This document shows positions 1 to 9,760 of a stretch of 64,000 nucleotides of DNA, piece after piece (position 1 is the stretch's first letter; the number at the start of each line of letters is the position of its first letter). The notes under the pieces are model-generated. The model saw only the letters and a list, made by a program, of their open reading frames with translations. It was not told where the DNA came from and did not search any database. Position numbers and translations under genes: made by a program. Source of the stretch: Euprymna scolopes. Lineage: Eukaryota. Where the stretch lies: NCBI GenBank assembly GCA_053919585.1, contig CM132793.1; one strand, 5' to 3'.

Positions 1-46
1 TAATGGAGAGGGGACCAGTAGATGATTTCTCTGAAATGGTGCATCA

Positions 47-1017
47 GACAGATGGTGTTTATTTGCTCCCCCACAGAGCAAATTAGGCACAAGGCCGTTT
101 TTAATGTGAGGTAAAAACCAGCTCCCCTTAAAGTAGGCAAAAAGGGGGCACTCTGGTTACCAAAAATAATAATTGTCCCAGCATAGAGGGTTTCCCCTCC
201 ATTGACTGGTACAAATTATCTTAAGTGCAGCATCTGAAGAACAGATGGTATTTATTTGCTCCCCCACTGAGCAAATTAGGCACAAGGCCGTTTTTAATGT
301 GAGGTAAAAACCAGCTCCCCTAAAAGGGGTCACTCTGGTTACCAAAAATAATAATTGTCCCAGTATAGAGGGTTTCCCCTCCATTGACTGGTACAAATTA
401 TCTCAAGTGCAGTATCTGCCGGAACAGATGGTATTTATTTGCTCCCCCACTGAGCAAATTAGGCACAAGGCCGTTTTTAATGTGAGGTAAAAACCAGCTC
501 CCCTAAAAGTAGGCAAAAAGGGGGCACTCTGGTTACCAAAAATAATAATTGTCCCAGTATAGAGGGTTTCCCCTCCATTGACTGGTACAAATTATCTTAA
601 GTGCAGCATCTGCCGGAACAGATGGTATTTATTTGCTCCCCCACTGAGCAAATTAGGCACAAGGCCGTTTTTAATGTGAGGTAAAAACCAGCTCCCCTAC
701 AAGTAGGCAAAAAGGGGGCACTCTGGTTACCAAAAATAATAATTGTCCCAGTATAGAGGGTTTCCCCTCCATTGACTGGTACAAATTATCTTAAGTGCAG
801 CATCTGCCGGAACAGATGGTATTTATTTGCTCCCCCACCGAGCAAATTAGGCACAAGTCCGGTTTTTAATGTGAGGAGTGAAGGGAGGGGGGAGGGGAAA
901 AGGGGACCAGCTCCCGAGAGGTGGGAAATGGGAGCTGGTTAATGGTCAGGCATGTGGGGTTGCCCCCACATCTGGTCTTTGCTAGTCATTGCTAGTCATA
1001 GCCTGCAGCATCTGCCG
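47..1017 (-). repeat. Tandem array of ~190-bp SINE-like units (47-238, 239-421, 422-615, 616-809, divergent 810-1017) joined by the U2 8-mer ATCTGTTC; probably continues off the window start
   Basis: GAACAGAT recurs at 239, 422, 616, 810 and 1018 (GACAGAT at 47). Units 1-4 are near-identical. Unit 5 keeps both ends but has a different middle. Homologous dispersed copies lie at 46440-46627 and 48181-48390. Confidence 0.9.
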
Positions 1018-1041
1018 GAACAGATACTACACTTTGATCTT
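1018..1041 (-). other. 3' target-site duplication: U2 snRNA segment AAGATCAAAGTGTAGTATCTGTTC
   Basis: Identical 24-mer at 8609-8632. Matches about nt 23-46 of invertebrate-type U2 snRNA, including GTAGTA. Confidence 0.88.
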
Positions 1042-1326
1042 GTTTATATATTTTATGTAGAAAGAAAAAATTGAACATAAAAAACGTACAAAAAATTCAA
1101 TTCAACAAAATTAGGCACAAGGCCCTACAAGAAATTGGGAGGGGGAGGGTACAGGGTCTTTTTGACTATGTAACAGATGAGACTTTGAAGTCTTACTCTT
1201 GACTGGCAACATTTACCAAAATACCTCAATCACTCTGTGGATCCTAATCTAACTAATAACCCCAGCGTTCAATGTAAAATTTAACTATGTACACTTGGTA
1301 TATTCATTTCTGTATGTTGTGTGTGC

Positions 1327-1362
<36 letters not shown>

Positions 1363-1859
1363 TATGTGTGAGAAAATAAAGTTCGATTTCATTAGAAAGA
1401 GTTCTTGAATTAATTGGCATAAAATGTTCGTGGAGTGGGAAAAAACTAATGAAAATGTTCATTTCAAAAATAAGGAAAATCTACTAATGTGTTGTTAGTA
1501 AGACCCCCCTGTACTATTCTATGTGGCTAGATCCCCCACTGTTTTCCGGGGAACCGAAAACAAGCAGAGCATCCCTAATGGGGGTTGGGGAAGTCGCCTT
1601 AATGGAGGTGGGAGAAAATAAAGCAACGGATGGAGGGGGTAGGAAGGTGACCTCTGAGTGGGGGGGGATGATCGGGGGCATCAGAAAATAAAGATGAGGA
1701 GCAGGGGGGTTGGGCAGACTCAGAGGTTCTCTAATACCAAAAAATAAAATCAGGAACAGGATCTCATTTGTACCACCAGTCAAGAGTTACTTTACTGAAC
1801 TTATAATGCTAACCTAGGCGGGATGGGTTCCGTAGGACCCAGCACCGCCCATGCCATGC

Positions 1860-4800
1860 CTAAGGAGGGAACACGTATTGAAACTTGGCTCCTCGACGGA
1901 TGCACAAACTAGTGCTGTGCACCCACCTCTTGTCAAATTCCACTCTAGGCAACCTCTTCCAATCGCATCTGATCTTTACTTTAAGCAAATGTTTAAAGTA
2001 AATGATCAGATCCCGATCAGGAACAGATGTCCCTTCGTGGACCAACTTGAGGCGCGCGATCCAAATGGTCATGCGCGCTACTGCTAGGATCGCCAGGAAA
2101 ACCAAACTTTCCTCCCTGGGGAACGGCGGCTCCATGTTGTACACAAAAGTTCCTACGTCGAGATCGAGCAGACACTCGGCATCGATGCGAGCTGTTACCC
2201 CCTCGACGTACCTTAATAGGGGCTGTATCCGGCTGCAACTAAAAAACGCGTGCTCGATTGTTTCGGGCTCGCGTTCGTCACAGCACGGACAGAAGCGGCT
2301 GGTATGTTCTTTATACCGGAAAAGTACGTCGAAGAGGGGCAGCGCATTTCGGACCAGTCGCCAAGTCAGGGAGAATTCCGAGTTATTCAGAATCTCCCGT
2401 CCCGGCGCCCAACGCCATTGAGAACGGACAACCTCCATCGACCATCCCATCCGCCTACAAAGTGGATCCTTCGCGGTCCCCTCCACTAAATCCCGATACA
2501 GTTTCTTCCTTGGCTGATCGAGGACATTGGTCCCCGGCAAAGCTCTAAGAGCGGTTCGGCATTCGGAGAAGAACTTGGACGCCCCCTTCGGTCTACGACG
2601 ACCTTCTACCGAAGGGTTGGGTTTGAGGTTGGGAAACGAGTTCTCAACCACAGGGACCCAAGGAGCGTCTCCTTCAAGCGAACGACCCAGGAAAGCCAAT
2701 CTCTCGGCGTTTCTATGACACAAGAGACTGGGCTGACCCAGGCCTCCCTCGCTCGGATTTTGAACACAGACCTCTCTGCAGACATAATGCTTACCCTCGT
2801 TCCACAAAAGTGAATCGAGGCGCCCTTGTAAGCGGGTTAGTCGTTCTGCAGGGAGAGGAAGTACAGACAAACGGTAAAGGATGAGCGGAAAGACGTATGT
2901 AGCACACGCCCCGCCCGACCCTTCAAGGACAATTTCCTTCCAATCCAAGTCTTTACTGACGATTTGACCTTAGACTGTACTTCCGACCAATTCTTTTCCA
3001 GCTGAAGTCCCGGTCCAAACCAGACACCGAGAATGCGGACCGGTCCATCGGTCCAGCTGAAAATACCTGAAGCGAGTTCACCCCGGTCCAGGCCCCCAAC
3101 CGCAGGCCAACAGACTTGCTACGGTTGAAGATGGCCCCTGTTACTTCTTCGTATCGAGCGAGCGCCTCGACCACCGCTTGAACGTCCGTGAGGCAAGACA
3201 CGAACACGGTGACGTCATCGGCGAACGCGGAAACCCTGGCTCGTGTGCCTCCAGGGAGAGCTATTCCGCGCAGGACTGGTGTAGCCGCCTTGTCCCTTAA
3301 CTTGCGAAGGAGGGGTTCCAACGCCAGGACATACAACAGAGGCGACAGCGGACAACCCTGTCGCACCGACCGAGAGACAGCGAATGACTCCGACAGCTTA
3401 CCGTTGATCTGCACCGCTACCGTCGGCCTGTCATACAGAACAAAGATCCACTTGCGGAAGTCCGGATTAAATCCGGCGGCCTCTAGCACAGATCCTAGGA
3501 ACCGATGGTCGACCCTATCGAATGCCTTGGACTGATCCAAACTGATCAGCGCGGCTTCGGCGTCGTCTTCTGTCCCCTCTATGATCGAGCGTATCAAGTG
3601 CAAATTGTCTTGAATCGATTTCCCCTTCACAGCATAAGTCTGGTCCGGTTCGATCAAGTCAGTGATGACAACCTGCAAGCGATTCGCAAGAATCTTTGCC
3701 AAAATCTTTAACTCTGTGTTTAGCAGAGTCAAGGGCCTAAAATCATCAAAGTTTTCCCTCCCACCATGCCGTTGACCTTTCCTCAGCAATGTGATCACAC
3801 CCTTGGTCACCTGTCCAGGGATGGAACCCTGGGCAAACCAATGGTTGAACATATCCTTCAGAATAGGGACCAACATGGGCGACAGCCTCAAGTAAAACTC
3901 GTAGGGTAAACCATCAAGCCCCGGGGATTTGTTATAGCCGACCTGCTTCAACGCAGTAATGACCTCATGTTCAGTAATAAGACCATCACAGCTAGCTGCC
4001 CGAGCCGCCGTGAGGCGGGGCGAGTCAGCCAAATAGCTGCCAAACTCATCAACCCTGAGTCCGGGTAGTTGGGTGAAGCGCACCGATAGATGCTCCCGAA
4101 ACCCCTCGCAGATCTCCCGAGTCGATACTAAGGGGTGTCCTTCCAGGTTATGTACTTTACGAATGTACCCATCCGAACCGCGCCTTAAAGCAGCCTTACG
4201 CTCAACAGCGTCAACATTCACAGCCTCGTTAGAAACTTTGTTTAACCTAGCCCTAACTACTTGACCTTCATACCGCTCGCTAGCCAAGCGGTTGAGATCT
4301 TGTTTAGCTAGTGCTAACTCTAGGGGGTCCCCCCCTCCACCGCCCGGGTCAGCTTATCCTCTAAACGCTTCTTTGCCTTAGCCTTATCTATCGCGAGGCG
4401 TTGGCTATACTGGACAGAGAAGCGCCTAATTTTGGCCTTAAGACTAACCCACCACTTACTCCCTGTAACCGCCCCCACTAAAGCCCGCTGAATTAGCTCA
4501 GTGACCTTCAACCGGTAGTCCTCCAGCTCCAACAAGGTGCTGTTGAACTTCCAGTATCCGGCCAGTTTAGGCCTAGCACTTAAGCTCAAACGGGCCATAA
4601 CAAGTTTATGGTCCGAGTGTCCTAGCAAGTGGAACGTGGGGCAAGATAGGAAGTCTACATCACCTCTTCTAACTAACATCCGATCCAAGTAAGTGCTTGG
4701 ATGGGAAGGCACTACAGGATGCCACGTCCACATCTCCCGCCCCGGATGATCCAGACGAAATCTGTCGACGAGATCGCACGAGGCCATCAGGTCAGACAGA

Positions 4801-5288
4801 CTGCTGTCACACCACGCCGACCCGCTAGTCCCCCCGACCTTATCTATTTTGGGATCAAGGATTGCATTCCAATCCCCCATTAAAACTAACCGTTCCGGAT
4901 CCACTAAGAAGCCCTCCAACCGTCGAAAAAAGGTTGCCCTCTCTACAGCAGCATTGGGAGCATAAACAGCAACAATCCGAAAAACACTACAATTAACAGC
5001 AACATCAACAACAAGCGCCCGCCCGTCCTCGCCTGCGTGAACAACATTCACCGACGCTGACAGGGTGCGACTCACTAGCAAGGAGATTCCACGACTATAG
5101 GTATTGCCATATGCTGAGTAGACATCGTAATCGTTTACCAGCACCTGACAATCCCCGTCACAAACAAAGTGGGTCTCCTGGATAGCGGCAATATCTACCT
5201 TGAGGGACACCAAGTCTCTCACAACGCGCGAGGCCTTGCTTCGACACCTGATGCCCCTCACATTCAATGTAGCCAAGTTCAAAGACAT
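1860..5288 (-). CDS. ORF2 (APE endonuclease - reverse transcriptase - C-terminal CCHC), split by three 1-nt frameshifts (~4330, ~3070, ~2910)
   Basis: EN motifs LNVRG, IQETH, VYAPN, GDWN, YLDR, SDH, WKFN. RT motifs KSPGLDG, RPLTLLN, LDQSKAFDRVDH, VRQGCPLSP, FADD. The missing piece GIFSWTDGPVRILGVWF...LSLKGRA is in a third frame. C-terminal CPCC-ETIEHAFFSC. Confidence 0.93.
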
Positions 5289-5299
5289 GATCACTTACC

Positions 5300-7875
5300 T
5301 CAAGCACTGTCACAGACGGGTCTGAAATCCTGGGCAGTGAGGACATGGCAGGCCTGGCCAAGGCTGCCGGTAAGTAAATCCGATGAAGGTGATCCATCCT
5401 TGGCCACGCCCCCCACGTCCAGGGGGAAGGTTAGTTTGAGTGCCCTGTATAGCGATGGGTGTACATACATGGGGATTCTACCCTCACATTTAAAGAAAAT
5501 GTTGGTCAGTGAAGGATGGTCCCTATCCACCAGCTGCTGGCCTGGGATCGCATTCTTCGCTGCCTTAATCATTGCCCACATTCCTCCAGTCCTAGCGTCC
5601 TTGTCGACCCTAACGAAAGTGGTCAACAAGGGAGCGTCCTTGAATTTAGTGGGGTCTGTTACTAGGTCTCCACCGACTTTTTCAAAGTTTTTAAGTTTAT
5701 TGTACCGGACCTTCTGTTGTCCTTTAAGGTCCGGAGCCGGTTGGAGAGGGTCTGTTTCACAAATCCTGCTTCCTGGCAGGAAGGGGAGCTTTTTGGTCCG
5801 TTCAGTGCGGACTTTGGGAGTGGGGGAGGGGACCTCTTTTGGTTGATGGGGAGGCTGAGCGCTTGGGGAGGGGGTAGCCTGCTCGTTTTCTTCTTTTTGG
5901 CTCCTGTCACGGGATGAGGGGCGGGAAGAGTTTCTTGGGGCCTTTATAGGAGAGGGGGAAGGTTGTTCGGGTTGCTGGGGTGTTGGGATCACAGGGGGCT
6001 CATCCTGTGTTGTTGTTGCGAGGGAGTCCTTCTCAGTCTCAGTGGGGGTAGGAGGGTTTGCGCGTGTCTTGCGGCTTTTCCTCCTCCTGGCCCTCCTGAT
6101 CTCTGTTGCGCTCAGGGCCATAGAGACTGTTGTTGTCTCTTCCTCTGCCTCTGACGCGGCCTCCTCATCAGATTCTGGTAGTTTCCTCTTGTTTGAGGAG
6201 GAGGGTGTCTGTGTGTCCATTTTCTCCGTCTCGCTTTTCGGTTGTTCTTGGTCTTGGGTGACTGTCTGCAAGGATGGCTGTTTGTTGATCTTGCCTTTCT
6301 TTACGACCGTCACCCAGCCTGTCGGTGCCTCTGGAGGATTTGCGGCCGGCGCGGGAGCAGCGGCTTGATTTGTTGTCACGCTTGTTCCCGCCGCTTTTGT
6401 GGGCTTCTTCCATCCATTCCTCTTTGGACAGTCCTTCGCCATATGCCCTTGTTGTGTGCACAGCCAGCAATGGGGCCTCCTCCCTTCCACTATAAGGGAG
6501 AGTGTCCACTCTCCGAACTTGAGTGTGGCTGGGATGGCGTAGAATCCAGCCTTGTCCAGGACCATCTGTACTTTGTAGTCCCCGGTCATGATGTTTCTTA
6601 ATCCGCGGACCGGGGTGACTTCCTCTACGTCCCCATACTGGCTTAGGATAGCCCCCAGTTGTTTGGCCTCCATATAGCAGGGGACGTTTAGAGCAGAAAC
6701 ATTTGCTCTCCTCTTGTTCATATAGATGGGTTGGAGCTTTATGTTCCTGCTCTGATGGCAGGTCCTGGACAGCCTGACTGCGTCTTCGGAGGTGGGGAGC
6801 AGAACATCCCACTGTGCGTAACTCCTTCTACAGATGTAGTTGGCGGGAATGTTCTGTTCCAGCAACACGTTCATCATGGTGTCCTTGTTGATGCCCGTCA
6901 GACCCCTTGTCTTGGTGTCTGAAGTTATCAGCGAGAGCACTCTTTTCTCCAGAACTTCCACTTGACCCGGGAGGGGTTGGATGTTGTTCCCCTGGGTATA
7001 CTCCTTGTAAGTGGAGTCGAAGAGTGCTCTGTAGTCTTCGGGCGTCAACTTCCCTTGCTGCTCTTTGGGGCCCCATGCCGGTCCTCCATCCTGGTGGGTG
7101 TCAGCTGGACTCGGGTTGGGGGGCGTAGCTGGTGTTGTGGGGCTCTCCCCTGTTATGGGCCTTTTTGGTTTCGGAACTGGCCCGTTACCAGGCAAAGTAG
7201 GCCATTGTGTTTTTGGCGTTGTTTCGTCCTGGCTTTCTTCCTTTGCTGGGTGGCTGTCCCCTTGGGGGATGGAGGTGTCTCCCCTTCTGGTGCCGTGTTC
7301 CCAGCTGGAGCCTTGGTGGGTACTGTCAAGGGTGTCTCTCGTTCCAGCTTGCTTTTGTTACCACTGGCCGGAGAGTCACCCTTTTTCCGTATTTGGTCCT
7401 CTTGGGGAGTGTTGGGGGGCCAATCACTGTCTTCCCCGCCGAATAGTGAGCAGATGGAGGCTATTACATCTTCATCCAGCGCCTCGGTTTGGTCCGCGGT
7501 GCTGTTTTCCTCCTTTTCTGTTGGGGAGTCGCCCTTTGGGGGAGCGGGGGATGGGTTCCCCGGTCTTCCTCCCTTGGTTCTGCCGTCCTGGGGTGCAGCT
7601 GGTTGGCTGGGTTCTGCACTTTCCCCAGCTAGTGAGTTAACGGCAGCTTTTTCCGCTGGGTTGCCCTCGTGGGGAGCGGTTGCAGGTGCTTTTTGGGGGG
7701 TCGCCGCGGGCTGCGGCCCTACCCTCCCGCTTTCTTCCAAGGTCGCCGCGCGCCGGGGCCCTACCTTGTTTCCTGGCGCCGTCTCGCCGGGAGATGCATC
7801 AGCTCCCTCACATAGGGAGTCGTTAGCAGTTGAGATGCTGCGCATTTGGGGTGACGTACCCCTCCTGCCTGGCAT
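5300..7875 (-). CDS. ORF1 (gag-like RNA-binding protein): low-complexity N-terminus, RRM-like region, zinc knuckle, conserved C-terminal domain; one frameshift within 7153-7357
   Basis: ATG at 7875 opens a 240-aa ORF that overlaps the 631-aa ORF (TTG start only; its frame is open to 7357). One missing base joins them. CWLCTQQGHMAKDC is CX2CX4HX4C. NVPCYME...LSQYGDV is typical of Tx1 ORF1. Confidence 0.85.
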
Positions 7876-8019
7876 CGTGGCGGTTGCACTAGCCGCTGGC
7901 GCGGACCAAAGTGTAGTGGGGGAAAAGAAAACCCAGGGGAATGGAGGGGGAGGAGGGGGAGGAGCGGACTTTGAAGAAATTAGAGTTTTTGACTTCCCCT
8001 CACGGGGATGTCGGGTTAG

Positions 8020-8330
8020 CAGCTCAGATCCCCCCGTGAGGGGGGAGAGCAGAGAAGAAAGACGCAGTGGGTGCTAGCGGGTCAGAGTGCCGCGTCGCAA
8101 TTAAGAGAGAGAGGGGATAGGCATCCCTGCCCGCAGAGGGGAGCAGAAACGAAGCACCCGCCCTACCCCACGTCACCCTACCCACTAACTTACCCCAACA
8201 GAAGCGAGAAAGAGAACCCTGTCTGCTCGATCCACTGGGAGAGCAGCGAAGATAGACAAAGTTTGGGCCTGGCAGGTCAGAGTGCTGCTCAGGCAATTAA
8301 GTGTGGAGAAATTAGACCATCCCAGTCTCG
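8020..8330 (-). repeat. Two diverged ~195-bp monomers in the LINE 5'UTR
   Basis: GAGAGCAG-GAAGA-AGAC at 8045 and 8239; GGTCAGAGTGC...GCAATTAAG at 8080 and 8275 (offsets 194-195). Confidence 0.6.
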
Positions 8331-8608
8331 AGAAGTGAGACCGAAACGAAGAAAAAACAACATGCAAAAACAACAAATGAAAAAAAAGAAGGTCTCAACT
8401 ACCAGCGATAGTGGTGTTGGTCCCGAGATTCTAGTCTCCCAAAAGAGGGGATCGGTTTCCGGGTCCAAGCTACCACAAATGTGGAGTCGGTCCTCTAGGT
8501 CCTGACTCCCCAAAGGAGGGGGTCGGTCCTTGCTAACAAAGGTTAGTAAGAAAAAACACCTTAACCTAGTCCGAAAGCCCGGTGGTGGGTCAAGTTTAGT
8601 AACTGAGA

Positions 8609-8694
8609 GAACAGATACTACACTTTGATCTTGTTTATATATTTTATTGAGAAAGAAAAAATTGAACATATTGGCCAAAAGGCCAAGTAAGCGT
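8609..8694 (-). pseudogene. U2: U2 snRNA 5' fragment (about nt 1-46) interrupted by a 38-nt insert; includes the 5' TSD (8609-8632)
   Basis: The minus strand reads ACGCTTACTTGGCCTTTTGGCCAA-[38 nt]-AAGATCAAAGTGTAGTATCTGTTC versus U2 ATCGCTTCTCGGCCTTTTGGCTAAGATCAAAGTGTAGTATCTGTTC. No 3' half of U2 is seen in the window. Confidence 0.85.
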
Positions 8695-8754
8695 AATATA
8701 GTTTCTACCAGACATTACCTTTTCTTAAAGACATACAAAATAACCGACACAGCA

Positions 8755-9200
8755 TATATTTTAAGAGGGGAAAGGGAATGTGGAGTAATTCCTGTAAATG
8801 GCTGAAGCAGTTTACGATCTTAAAAATACATAATTTCACATAAATTTTAAAGGAAGGGTGGATACGGAGTCAGGCCCGGAAATAGCTAAAGCAGTTTATG
8901 ATCTCAAAATTAATTTATTTCACATGCATTTTTAACAGTGAGGAAGGAGGTACATGGTGTCAGTCTGGGAAATTGCTGAAAGATTTTACGAGCTCAAAAT
9001 TACTTTATTTCATACCTATTTTTAAGGGAGGGGGCGATATGGAGTCAGTCCCAGAAATAGCTAAAGCAGTTTGCGATCTCAAAGTTTCTTTATTTTTTAC
9101 CTATTTTTAAGATGGAGATGGAATGATATGGAATCAGTCCCGGAAATGGTTGTAGAATTTTACGATTTCATATTTATTTTATTTCATATAAATTTTTTAA
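8755..9200. repeat. ~85-bp tandem repeat, about 5 diverged copies
   Basis: Recurrent GGAGTCAG-CCCGGAAATAGCTAAAGCAGTTT-CGATCTCAAA. Confidence 0.8.
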
Positions 9201-9229
9201 GACAGGGGGAAGGGAAATAAATAAGGGAT

Positions 9230-9760
9230 TATACTAAAATAATAACATTATTTACAAAGCCATTCTTAATATGGGGTATTTTTTTGACTATTCTGTACTT
9301 TCACCTAACAATTTAATAAATGAAAAAAAAACTGACTTATGGAATACGGACTGTACTGAAATAATAACGTTATAATTTAGAAAGGCATCCTTAATATAGG
9401 GAGAGGAGGGCGTTTTTGTAAACTATTCTGTACTTTCACCTAACAATTTATTAAATAAGAAACTGATATACGGAATACGGATTGTGCTGAAATAATAACG
9501 TAAATGTTTAAAAAGCCATTCTTAATATAGAGAGGGTATGGTTTTTGTTTTTTTTTAACTAATCTGTACTTTCACCTAACAACTTAATAAATAAAAACCT
9601 GAAATACGGAATACGGACCTACTGAAATAATAACGTTGATGTTTAGAAAGCCATTCCTTATATGGGGAGAGGAAGGCAGTTTTTAAATTATTCTGTACTT
9701 TTACCTAACAACTTATTAAATAAGAAACTGACATACGGGATACGGACCGTGCTAAAATAA
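9230..9760. repeat. ~120-125-bp tandem repeat, about 4 copies; single dispersed copy near 61875-61980
   Basis: Recurrent GAAATAATAACG...AAAGCCATTCTTAATAT...CTGTACTTTCACCTAACAA...GGAATACGGA. Confidence 0.8.

Larger units (their letters stand above)
1042..8608 (-). mobile_element. Near-full-length Tx1/L1-clade non-LTR retrotransposon inserted in U2 snRNA-derived sequence
   Basis: GC-rich ~7.5-kb block with 5'UTR, ORF1 and ORF2 (APE+RT+CCHC) and an ~800-nt 3'UTR, bounded by the 24-bp U2-derived direct repeat. Confidence 0.92.

Noticed and set aside
47-1017. CRISPR-like array or hammerhead retrozyme
   Set aside because: Eukaryotic context with no cas genes; the interiors are mostly identical rather than unique spacers; no CTGANGA/GAAA core is conserved across units.
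1328-1349. A-run (minus strand) as the LINE poly(A) tail
   Set aside because: No TSD pairs with it, and the U2 duplication and SINE-shared motif lie ~220-300 nt further on. Not fully excluded.
7906-7916. 11-nt U2 match CAAAGTGTAGT inside the LINE 5' region
   Set aside because: Too short, opposite strand, no flanking U2 similarity; compatible with chance.
6962-8077. 371-aa antisense ORF (ORF0-like) and other plus-strand ORFs across 1851-8505
   Set aside because: Shadow frames of GC-rich, low-complexity coding sequence with no motifs.
8609-8694. Functional U2 gene, or U2 with an AT-AC intron (insert reads ATATGT...AC)
   Set aside because: Only the 5' ~46 nt are present and they carry substitutions. 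The insert is <40 nt, lacks the U12 consensus ATATCCTT, and matches the LINE 3' end.
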